Source: Gemmatimonadaceae bacterium
Lineage (GTDB): Bacteria; Gemmatimonadota; Gemmatimonadetes; Gemmatimonadales; Gemmatimonadaceae
Length of the DNA stretch: 64,000 bases
Direction of reading: 5' to 3'
NCBI GenBank assembly: GCA_036560265.1
Contig: DATBRO010000268.1
Coordinates: 8,508 to 72,507 of the forward strand
The notes beneath the pieces are model-generated. The model did not search any database. It worked only from the letters and a program-made list of their open reading frames with translations, and was not told the DNA's origin. This document shows positions 53,997-62,389 of the stretch, piece by piece. Within the stretch, counting starts at the first letter, position 1. The number at the start of each line of letters is the position of its first letter. Made by a program: the position numbers and the translations under genes.

Positions 53997-55280
53997 CTAC
54001 CCTCTTTTCCCTAACCTCACCCGGAGCGTTTTCCGCTCACCGCCGCGCAGCACCACGAGCTCGACTTCGTCGCCCGGCTGGTGCGAGTACAGCGCGTCGG
54101 AGTAGCTCTGCAGGTCTGTCACCTCTTTGCCCCCGAGCTCGACGACGATGTCGCCGGCCCTGAGGCCAGCAGAATCGGCGGGGCTGCCGGCGCGGACGCC
54201 GGTCAGGCGCAACCCCTTCACGTCGGGGGCGCTCATGTCGGGAATGGAACCGAGGTACACGCTGGACCCCGTTCGCGCGCCCGCCATCGGAGCCGGTGCG
54301 GCACCTCGAACGAACGTGAGCCGATCCGTTCTGCGATCGAGCTCCCGTACGATCCGTTCGGCAAGGGTGATCACGCGCGCTTCACCGGCGGCGTTGATCT
54401 TGTCCGCATCGTCCGTGGCCCGGTGATAGTCCTCGTGCAGATTCGTGAAGAAATGCAGGACGGGGATGTTGCGGGCGAAAAACGAGCTGTGGTCCGAAGG
54501 CCCGAAGCCGTCGCCGATGCCGTGCAGGTGGAGCCCGACACTCGAGTTGGCGCTGTCGAGGAGCGACGGAAGCTCGCGCGCCGACGCAACGCCGTAGACG
54601 ATGAGACTGTCGCCCCTCATACGGCCGACCATGTCGAAGTTCAGCATCGCGTCGATGCTGTCGAGCGGCACTGGAGAGTGCTCGACGAAGTACTGTGAGC
54701 CGAGGAGGCCGAGCTCTTCCCCGCTGAAGTTCACGAAGAGGACGGAGCGCCGGGTCGGGCGCGCGCTGAGCAATCGCGCGAGCTCGAGGACGGCCGCGGT
54801 GCCGGATGCGTTGTCATCCGCGCCATTCCGAATTGCGTCACCGGCGCCCGGATCGAGCGCGCCTGCCGGGGATCGTCCGAGATGATCGATATGCGCGCCG
54901 ATGACGATGGTCCGGCCACGTAACGCCGGGTCGCTGCCCGGAAGCAGGGCCACGACGTTCTGCGTTTGCACAGCCGCGAGACCACCGGCATGCGAGAACA
55001 TGGCCGACCGCGCCTGAAACGGTTGCAGATAACCCGGCGAAATCGGTCGCAAGCCCAATGCGCCGTAGCGACGCGCGGCGAACGCGGCCGCGGAGTCGTT
55101 GCCTGGCGTCCCCGTGCCGCGCCCTTCGAGCGCGTCGCTAGCGAGATAGACGATGTCGGCACGCACGCGCGCGGAATCGGGTCCGGAACCTGTGCGGGAA
55201 TTCCCGAGAGAGACGGTGGTGCACCCGAGAAGGGCCGCGATGAACAAGCAGGCCAGGGCGGTGATCGAACGCGTGTGCAT
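53997..55280 (-). CDS. M28-family aminopeptidase with C-terminal PDZ domain
   Basis: GAHIDHLG, GADDNASGTAAVLELARLL, FSGEELGLLGS, and a C-terminal PDZ (GLRAGDIVVELGGKEV). Confidence 0.85.
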   Translation of the reverse strand: MHTRSITALACLFIAALLGCTTVSLGNSRTGSGPDSARVRADIVYLASDALEGRGTGTPGNDSAAAFAARRYGALGLRPISPGYLQPFQARSAMFSHAGGLAAVQTQNVVALLPGSDPALRGRTIVIGAHIDHLGRSPAGALDPGAGDAIRNGADDNASGTAAVLELARLLSARPTRRSVLFVNFSGEELGLLGSQYFVEHSPVPLDSIDAMLNFDMVGRMRGDSLIVYGVASARELPSLLDSANSSVGLHLHGIGDGFGPSDHSSFFARNIPVLHFFTNLHEDYHRATDDADKINAAGEARVITLAERIVRELDRRTDRLTFVRGAAPAPMAGARTGSSVYLGSIPDMSAPDVKGLRLTGVRAGSPADSAGLRAGDIVVELGGKEVTDLQSYSDALYSHQPGDEVELVVLRGGERKTLRVRLGKRG

Positions 55281-55390
55281 GGACGAATTCTAAGCGCGCG
55301 ATTCTGGCGTGGCTCGTGTCCCGCTTCTAACTTCTAGATCCCTCCAGAAATCCCCCCCCGGCGACTCCGCTGCGGGACCTGGCGCACCAT

Positions 55391-56902
55391 ATGGATCACT
55401 CCGCGACTTTCGCGCGACACTTCGCTCGCCTCGTCTCGTTGTTGATGCACGAGTTCGGGAACGTGGACGAGCAGAAGATGTCGCTGCGCGCGCTCGTCAC
55501 GGTGAACAAGAACGGCTCCATCGTGCTGGTCGCGCAAGACTGGCAGGTGTTCTGCAACGATCAGCCGGTGCCGGGAGCACTCACTGGAGTGCTGGATGTC
55601 GCTTCCCAAATGGCGGCGCACTCGCTGCTGAAGCTCGAGATCGCCGCCGGTTCGAGTCCTGCCGACTTGCTGGGCATCGCGCGCATCGTCGCCAGCGACG
55701 CGTCGCCGGGAGACGGCGGCGCGCAGGTGACGCAGAAGCTCGCGGCGCTCGGCGCGAAGACGCTCAAATTCACGACCGTCGCTCCCGTCGTCGCGGCGGT
55801 CTCCGCGGAAGGGCCGGCACTGCCCGTACCGATAAACGACGGCGGCACTTCAGGCGCGGCGAGCGATGCGGCGCCATCGCTTTCGCAGCTCACGCCCGAG
55901 ATGTCGAGGGTGTCACCCGAGGAGTTATTGGCGTCGCTCGATTCCGCGAAAACGTCGGACGCGTGCACAAAAGCCTTGGACGATCTGGTACTCGTCGCCG
56001 AACATTCGCTGCGTATCGGGAAGACGGCGAGCGTCGGAGACATTCTTCACGGGATCGTCATCCGGGACGCGAAACTCGCCGATGGAGAGCTGAAGCGCGC
56101 GTACGTCCTGACCATTCGGCGCATGTCGAAGCCGGCCCTGTTGCGCGCGGTCGCGTCGCTCATTCCGAAGATGCCGGCACGAAAGCAATACTGCTACGAG
56201 GTGCTCGAGCGCACGGGCGAAGATGGCGCCGACGCGCTCATCGAGCTGATCACGCAGGCACCCACCGCCGATGACCGGAAGACGCTCTTCGAAGTGCTGC
56301 GCGAGCTCAGGGACGCGGTGCCTGCGCTCACGAGGATGCTGGGTGATTCGCGATGGTTCGTCGTGCGCAACGCCGCCGATCTGCTTGGCGAGATGGTCGC
56401 GACCGACGCGGAGGGAGCGCTCGTTGCGCTGCTCCGGCACTCAGACGATCGCGTACGGCGCTCCGCGACGAACGCGCTGCTGCGGCTCGGCACTCCGGCG
56501 GCGATCAAGGGGATCTACGATGCCGTCAGCGACTCATCGCCCGAAGTCCGAATGCAGGCGACCGCGGCGATCGCGACGAGAAAGGACAGGAGGACCTCGA
56601 CGACCTTGATCCGTGCCATCGAAGAGGAGCAGGACGAAGGCGTGCAGGTCGCGATGATCACGGCTCTCGGAAAGGTTGGCACGCCGGACGCCGTACAAAA
56701 GCTCATCAAGATGGCGCAGTCCGAAGGAAGATTGTTCCGAAAGAAAACGAAGAGTTTTCGCGTCGCTGCCGTTCAGGCGCTGGGCGAAGCCAAAACGCCC
56801 GCTGCGCTCGCGGCGCTCAGAGAGCTGGCCACGGGCAAGGACAAGGACGTGCGCGACACGGCGACAAGGGTACTGCACGCCAGAGTCCCTACCTCGCAGT
56901 AA
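55391..56902 (+). CDS. HEAT-repeat protein
   Basis: The C-terminal half has repeated D..VR..A...LG..G...A...L units (HEAT_2/PBS-lyase type). The N-terminal half is unassigned. Confidence 0.65.
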   Translation: MDHSATFARHFARLVSLLMHEFGNVDEQKMSLRALVTVNKNGSIVLVAQDWQVFCNDQPVPGALTGVLDVASQMAAHSLLKLEIAAGSSPADLLGIARIVASDASPGDGGAQVTQKLAALGAKTLKFTTVAPVVAAVSAEGPALPVPINDGGTSGAASDAAPSLSQLTPEMSRVSPEELLASLDSAKTSDACTKALDDLVLVAEHSLRIGKTASVGDILHGIVIRDAKLADGELKRAYVLTIRRMSKPALLRAVASLIPKMPARKQYCYEVLERTGEDGADALIELITQAPTADDRKTLFEVLRELRDAVPALTRMLGDSRWFVVRNAADLLGEMVATDAEGALVALLRHSDDRVRRSATNALLRLGTPAAIKGIYDAVSDSSPEVRMQATAAIATRKDRRTSTTLIRAIEEEQDEGVQVAMITALGKVGTPDAVQKLIKMAQSEGRLFRKKTKSFRVAAVQALGEAKTPAALAALRELATGKDKDVRDTATRVLHARVPTSQ

Positions 56903-57959
56903 AGTCGGTCTTGCCGTTCACCATGCGACAGACTTCAGCGATCAACTCGGCGGTGTGATCGACGTCGTCGAGGCTCACCATCTCGTTGGGCGAATGCATG
57001 TAGCGGTTCGGAATCGACACGAGCGCCGTCGCAACGCCCTCCTGCGCGATGTGGATGGCGTCGGCGTTGGTAGAGGTATCGCGACCAACCGCGTGCACGC
57101 TGAACGGAATGTTCTTCGTCTTCGCCGCGCCGCGAAGCAGCTCGAAAACAACGGGTGACAGCAGAGCGCCGCGGCCGAAAACCGGCCCGCCACCGAGACG
57201 GTGATCGCCGATCTCTTTCTTTTCCATGTTGGGACTATCGGTCGCATGCGTGACGTCCACGACGATCGCCATCCTCGGGCGAATCGCGTTCGTCGCCACG
57301 AGAGCACCGCCGCCGTGCCACGCGATTTCCTCCTGAGTGGTCGCGGCCGCGACGACGCGAGCCGGCCCAGGATTCTCCGCGTAGCGCCGCAGCGCCTCCA
57401 AAGCCGCAAAGGCGCCGATGCGGTCATCGATCGAGCGCGATACGATCCGATTTCCCGGGAAATCGTGCGCGCGGGAATCGATCACGCCGGGATCTCCCAC
57501 GGAGATTCTGGCGTCAGCGTCCGCGCGATTCTTCGCGCCGATGTCGACCCAGAGATCGGTGAACTTCACCGCCTGGTCGCGATCGCCGTTCTTCATGACG
57601 TGGACCGGCTTGCGGCCGACGACGCCGATCACGTCCCCCGAGCCGGCGATGAATCGAATCCGCTGGCCCACCAGCACCTGCGCGTCCCAGCCGCCGATCG
57701 GCGAGATGTACAGGAACCCATCGTCGTCGATGTACTGCACGATCACACCGATCTCATCGATGTGACCATCGATCAGAATCGTGGGACTGCCTGAAGGATT
57801 GATTTCGGCGAGACAATTTCCCGCCACGTCGATGCTCACCTTTTCCGCAAACGTCTGGGCCTCTGAGCGCCAGGACCGCCCCGCCAGCGTTTCGAAGCCA
57901 GAGGGTCCCGGTGCATCGAGCAGTCTCTTCAGGAACGCGATCGCTGCTGAGCTCAGCAT
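56889..57959 (-). CDS. M42-family metallo-aminopeptidase (FrvX/CelM type)
   Basis: LLDAPGPSGFE, GHIDEIG, SIDDRIGAFAALEAL, and the TTQEE motif. Confidence 0.85.
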   Translation of the reverse strand: MLSSAAIAFLKRLLDAPGPSGFETLAGRSWRSEAQTFAEKVSIDVAGNCLAEINPSGSPTILIDGHIDEIGVIVQYIDDDGFLYISPIGGWDAQVLVGQRIRFIAGSGDVIGVVGRKPVHVMKNGDRDQAVKFTDLWVDIGAKNRADADARISVGDPGVIDSRAHDFPGNRIVSRSIDDRIGAFAALEALRRYAENPGPARVVAAATTQEEIAWHGGGALVATNAIRPRMAIVVDVTHATDSPNMEKKEIGDHRLGGGPVFGRGALLSPVVFELLRGAAKTKNIPFSVHAVGRDTSTNADAIHIAQEGVATALVSIPNRYMHSPNEMVSLDDVDHTAELIAEVCRMVNGKTDFTAR

Positions 57960-57965
57960 CGTGTC

Positions 57966-58403
57966 TTACCGCTCCGTGTGGACTGGAAAAACGACAAAAC
58001 TCAGCAGGAAGAAAAGCAACCCACCGACGAACCATCGGGCATCGTCGGTCAGCGCGTAGTAGGCGATACCGAACCAAGCCATCATCTGGCCGAGCAACCA
58101 TCCCTCCAAGACCTCCGGAATGCGAGAGGCCGCCCGGCGGCGTTTTGCGAAGCGACTGTGCCAAATCTTCATGTCGATGATTTGTACGAGTGCATATAAC
58201 CAGGTCATCACGCCGATAACGCGAAGCTTTGCAACGAGATGAGTGCCGCGAGGGAGGAGGCCGAGGCTAAATGCGACCCATACGAGCAGACCGACGAACA
58301 GCGTGAGGCCGAGTAGCAGAGACCGCAGCTTCGGGAGCCGTTCAGGGGTAAGCCAGCCGTTGGAAGGCGGGCTGGAAGTCGTTGTAAGGGAATGCTCTGA
58401 CAC
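57966..58403 (-). CDS. Small integral membrane protein (hypothetical)
   Basis: Four predicted TM helices in the C-terminal 145 aa of the track ORF. The start is assigned tentatively to the GTG at 58401-58403. The upstream part of the track ORF looks non-coding. Confidence 0.45.
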   Translation of the reverse strand: MSEHSLTTTSSPPSNGWLTPERLPKLRSLLLGLTLFVGLLVWVAFSLGLLPRGTHLVAKLRVIGVMTWLYALVQIIDMKIWHSRFAKRRRAASRIPEVLEGWLLGQMMAWFGIAYYALTDDARWFVGGLLFFLLSFVVFPVHTER

Positions 58404-58535
58404 GGTGTGACTCAAGTTACGGCCCGCCAGACTGGAGTCAGGCAATATACCGGGCGTTCGTCGTTCTGTCGGAACAGACTCAAGTAGATTAAAATGACTG
58501 CGGATGCTTCGGAGCAAAAACTTCCTGGAGGGGAC

Positions 58536-58769
58536 ATGAATTGGAAGAAGGCTGTCTTTCTTGGTGGCGCAGTTCTCCTGCTTGCCGCGTGTGATCGCGC
58601 GACAGCGCCGAATGCGCTGGTCCGAGAGGGTGGCCCTGCCGCCGCCGCGAAAGCGACGGCGTCCAAGCCCGCCCCAGGCCCCCGAACGGACGCCGATTTG
58701 GGCGGCTGCGAGGGCTATTTCGTCCGCGAAGGTGGTCGCGATTCGACCTGCACTCCCGCAGCGCCATAG
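58536..58769 (+). CDS. Small lipoprotein (77 aa)
   Basis: MNWKKAVFLGGAVLLLAACD lipobox. GGAGGGG precedes the ATG at 58536. Confidence 0.6.
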   Translation: MNWKKAVFLGGAVLLLAACDRATAPNALVREGGPAAAAKATASKPAPGPRTDADLGGCEGYFVREGGRDSTCTPAAP

Positions 58770-58795
58770 GCGAAAAAAGCTCGCTAAAAAATAAA

Positions 58796-58830
58796 ATGAC
58801 CGCCGCGAACCGCGGCGGTCATTTCTTTTC
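58796..58830. terminator. Bidirectional rho-independent terminator
   Basis: ATGACCGCCGCG-aac-CGCGGCGGTCAT is a perfect 12-bp stem. It is flanked by aaaaaataaa on the left and ttcttttcc on the right, between convergent genes. Confidence 0.85.
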
Positions 58831-58852
58831 CGGGCATTCAATAGGGCGAAAA

Positions 58853-59602
58853 TCAGCCGGGCAATCGCGTCCAGATCACCACGACGCCGCAGGCCGGGTT
58901 TCCCAGGCGGCTATTCATTTCGGGCGGCAAACCGGCTGGCCCACCATACACCTCGAGCGCTTCCACGTCGCCGAGCGGCACGTCGTCGATATTGAGGCCC
59001 GGGGCCCGTACGCCGTCGATCCAGATGTCCGGCGGGCAATCGCGCCCTCCACCGCTGCGACTACTGCGGAGCGTGGAACGACCCCCCATGCGGTCGGGGG
59101 TCAGCCGCATTCCCGGAATGCGTCGCATGATGTCGCTGAGTCGCTGCACCCGCTTCGCTTCGATCTCCTTCCGGTCGAGAAAGTGCCCGATGCCCGCGTG
59201 GCGATGGCGATAGAAAGACGCCAGCTGGATCTCCGCCATCGCGTCGGCGCGCGTCGTCACACCGGGCAGGTCCTGCGGCAGCAGCGTGAGCACGACGTTG
59301 AGCGAGTCGTTGCGGCCGGCAACCAGCTGGACGGCGATATCAAGAGGCTCGAAGCCCAGTCGGCGAACGACCAGCTTCACCTTCCCGGGAGAAAGGTCGG
59401 CGAGGGCAAATCGGCCCGAGCTGTCCGAGATCGAGAGAACGCCGGACGTGGACAGGCGCGCCATGGAGACGGGTGTGCCACCGGTGTCACGCACTGTTCC
59501 GAAGAGGCCGGCCCGAGTGGACTGCGCGAGACCGCTGGATGGAAGCGTCGCTAGCAAGAACAGCGGAGTCCAGAACAAGCCGATACACCCACGATATGTC
59601 AT
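58853..59602 (-). CDS. Carboxypeptidase-regulatory-like domain plus TonB-dependent-receptor plug-like domain protein (no barrel)
   Basis: GTVRDTGGTPVSMARLS...SGRFALADLSPGKVKLVVRRLGF (CarbopepD_reg) followed by a plug-like region (RLSDIMRRIPGMRL...VEALEVYGG). ATG at 59600-59602. Confidence 0.65.
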   Translation of the reverse strand: MTYRGCIGLFWTPLFLLATLPSSGLAQSTRAGLFGTVRDTGGTPVSMARLSTSGVLSISDSSGRFALADLSPGKVKLVVRRLGFEPLDIAVQLVAGRNDSLNVVLTLLPQDLPGVTTRADAMAEIQLASFYRHRHAGIGHFLDRKEIEAKRVQRLSDIMRRIPGMRLTPDRMGGRSTLRSSRSGGGRDCPPDIWIDGVRAPGLNIDDVPLGDVEALEVYGGPAGLPPEMNSRLGNPACGVVVIWTRLPG

Positions 59603-59742
59603 GACCCACCTCACGCCCGGCAAGAGCGGAGCAGCAAAAAGCACCTCACCTCGCACTATGCCGTGCGACGCGTGGAAGGGCAAGGCGTATGCTAGCGGTT
59701 AGGTTTCTGCATTCACACCGGCAGCCTGCGAAGGAGACCCGA

Positions 59743-61593
59743 ATGTCCCGCGTGCAGTCCCTGCTTCCCGTCCTTGCGATCGGTTCGCAGCTGCTCGCTC
59801 AAGCTTCGACGCCGCAACAACGAAACGTCGTATCCGTGCCGATCTCGGACGTCCGTTACGAGGTGACGTTCACGCGCGCCACGGCGGCCGACCGTCGGAT
59901 GCACGTCGTGATGACGTTCAACGCCGAAGGCAGCGATGCGATCCTGCTCTCGCTTCCGGCGTGGACACCGGGGTCGTACGAAATCGACAACTTCGCGCGC
60001 TGGCTCATCGGCTTCTCGGCCATCGCAGGGCAGCGTCCGTTGCAGTGGGACAAGCTGGACTACGACACGTGGCGCATTCGCAGGGACGTCGTCTCGACGG
60101 GAGCGCGGGGGGAGCCGGTGACCGTGACGTTCGACTATCGCGCCGACACGCTCGACAACGCGATGTCCTGGGCACGTCCGGACTTCCTCCTGTTCAATGG
60201 GACGAACGTGTTCATGTACGCGGAAGGACGTCCGCTGAGTTTTCCGGCGCGTGTGACGATTCGCACCGAGGCCGACTGGAAGGTGACGACGTCGATGACG
60301 CGCGTGGCAAGCGCCAGTGCAGCGGGAGGCGGGACGACGTTCAGCGCGACGAACTACCACGATCTCGTGGACATGCCGTTTTTCGTCGGACGATTCGACG
60401 TCGACAGCGCCCAGGTCGTCGGGAAATGGATGCGTTTCGCCACGTATCCAACGGGCGCCGTGCAGGGGGCGGCGCGCGCGTTGGTGTGGGATCAGCTGCG
60501 CAAAGCGGTGCCGACCGAGGTCGCGGTATTCGGCGAGGTTCCCTGGGACTCGTACTCGATCATGCAGATCGTGGACTCGAGCTATCAGGGAGCGAGCGGC
60601 CTCGAACACTCGGCGTCGCACGTGGACGTACTCTCGCCCGTGTATGTCGGCAGTGAGTTCCAGCCGTCCCTCTACGCGCACGAGATCTTCCATGCGTGGA
60701 ACGTGAAGCGGCTGCGGCCGGCGGACATGTGGCCGTACCGCTACGACGCCGCGATGCCGACACCGTGGCTGTGGGTGAGTGAGGGCATCACGGACTATTA
60801 CGCGGACCTTGCGGAAGTGCGCGGTGGCATCGTTTCCGACAGTGGCTTCTACGCGCTCACGGCAGGCAAGATCAACGAAGTCGACGCGGGGATCCCGGTA
60901 GCGCTGGAGGACGCGTCGCTGAGCACATGGGTGCACCCGATCGACGGCACGGGCTACATCTATTATCCGAAGGGATCGCTCGCCGGCTTCATGCTCGACG
61001 TCATGATTCGCGATGCCAGCGACAATCGCCGGTCGCTCGACAACGTGCTGCGCGATCTGTATGCGACGACGTACAAGCAGGGCCGCGGCTTTACACGCGA
61101 TGATTGGTGGACCACGGTCAGTCGCGCAGCGGGTGGACGGTCGTTCGCCGACTTCGATCGCAAGTACGTCGATGGTCGCGAGCCGTATCCCTGGAGCGAG
61201 ATTCTCCCGCTCGCCGGGTTACGCGCGAATGTCGCGCGCGCGCCGCGGTTGGGCATAGCGACGACGCAGGACGCGCGAGGCGTCGTGATCGAGCAGGTGG
61301 ATCCGACGGGCGCCGCGGGCGCGGCCGGCGCCCGAGCTGGCGACTACCTGCTGTCGGTCAACGACATCTCCGTCGAAGATCAGAGCTTCGGGCCGAAGTT
61401 CCGGATGATGTTCGCCAGCGCGAAAGAGGGTCAGCCGCTCACGCTCAAAGTGCGTCGGGGTGAGGAGACGCTGACCCTGAACGGCGCAATACAGCTTGCT
61501 CCGGGCGAGATGACGATCGTGGCAGAGCCGAATGCCTCGCCAAAAGCCGTGCGGATTCGCAATGGCATCTTGCGAGGCACGACGGATCGATAG
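59743..61593 (+). CDS. M61-family glycyl aminopeptidase with C-terminal PDZ domain
   Basis: Zinc motif YAHEIFHAWN, a C-terminal PDZ (GARAGDYLLSVNDISV), and a signal peptide. AAGGAG precedes the ATG at 59743. Confidence 0.8.
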   Translation: MSRVQSLLPVLAIGSQLLAQASTPQQRNVVSVPISDVRYEVTFTRATAADRRMHVVMTFNAEGSDAILLSLPAWTPGSYEIDNFARWLIGFSAIAGQRPLQWDKLDYDTWRIRRDVVSTGARGEPVTVTFDYRADTLDNAMSWARPDFLLFNGTNVFMYAEGRPLSFPARVTIRTEADWKVTTSMTRVASASAAGGGTTFSATNYHDLVDMPFFVGRFDVDSAQVVGKWMRFATYPTGAVQGAARALVWDQLRKAVPTEVAVFGEVPWDSYSIMQIVDSSYQGASGLEHSASHVDVLSPVYVGSEFQPSLYAHEIFHAWNVKRLRPADMWPYRYDAAMPTPWLWVSEGITDYYADLAEVRGGIVSDSGFYALTAGKINEVDAGIPVALEDASLSTWVHPIDGTGYIYYPKGSLAGFMLDVMIRDASDNRRSLDNVLRDLYATTYKQGRGFTRDDWWTTVSRAAGGRSFADFDRKYVDGREPYPWSEILPLAGLRANVARAPRLGIATTQDARGVVIEQVDPTGAAGAAGARAGDYLLSVNDISVEDQSFGPKFRMMFASAKEGQPLTLKVRRGEETLTLNGAIQLAPGEMTIVAEPNASPKAVRIRNGILRGTTDR

Positions 61594-61672
61594 GTGGTGG
61601 GAGGTGGGAGGTGGGAGGTGGGAGGTGGGAGGTGGGCCTGGATCGCACCTCCGACCTCCAGTTCTCACCTAG
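61591..61672. repeat. TAGGTGG + (GAGGTGG) x5 tandem heptamers followed by a partial inverted copy
   Basis: taggtgg tgg, then gaggtgg x5 (61601-61635). The downstream arm is cacctcc gacctcc ... cacctag (61646-61672). The peptidase stop (61591-61593) is the first TAG. Confidence 0.9.
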
Positions 61673-62285
61673 GTTTTCTCAGCTCGAGGCGCTGATAGTA
61701 CCCCGAAATCTCGCGGGGCTCGTTCAGGATCGTCGCCTTGATCGCCTTGGCAACGGCGTTGAGCGCTTCGGTTTCGATGCTCGGAATAGAGACGCCGGCC
61801 GTCTTCTCGATGATGCGCTGATAGCTCAGCGGCTGTGGCGATGTGACGAGGAGGAGGTAGGTCTGCGTCGTGGCTGGCACTGGTGGCGGTCCCGCGCCCC
61901 GGGAAGGTGCGCGCACTCCTCCGGGATTGCGCAGGGCGCTGTCCGGTTGCTGTCGCCCGCGTTGCGCCGGGTTGCGAAACGTGTCGCTCTGCACGAGCAG
62001 GTCGGGAATCCGGAAGGAGATTTGATGCGCTCCCGCAGTCAGTTTGTTGGTCGTGAGCGAATCCGGCGGATAGAGAAGTGTCGCGCTGTGGCCAGGTGCA
62101 ACGAGCACGAGCGCGGCGTATTCCTGGTCCATCTCGATCCATGCTGATCGCGGCGGGTGCATGGTGTCGACCGCAGTGATTCGCGGATGCGCGGATCCTT
62201 CCGCGAGCGGTCCGGCGATCGGCGTGCTCGCGCACGCCAGCACGAACGTACCGATCATGACCCAACTCACGACACCAATTCGCAC
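61665..62285 (-). CDS. Lipoprotein of unknown function
   Basis: VRIGVVSWVMIGTFVLACAS lipobox (GTG start at 62283-62285; the ATG at 62258 is an alternative). 206 aa, no family recognised. Confidence 0.5.
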   Translation of the reverse strand: MRIGVVSWVMIGTFVLACASTPIAGPLAEGSAHPRITAVDTMHPPRSAWIEMDQEYAALVLVAPGHSATLLYPPDSLTTNKLTAGAHQISFRIPDLLVQSDTFRNPAQRGRQQPDSALRNPGGVRAPSRGAGPPPVPATTQTYLLLVTSPQPLSYQRIIEKTAGVSIPSIETEALNAVAKAIKATILNEPREISGYYQRLELRKPR

Positions 62286-62389
62286 GCATTACCTCACGGT
62301 GCTAGCGTACAACATCATGACACCTGTGACGGCCGTCGTCCCCAAAGCTACAGCGTTGTCGGTTTTTGGCATTCCCAGGACTTGATCTG

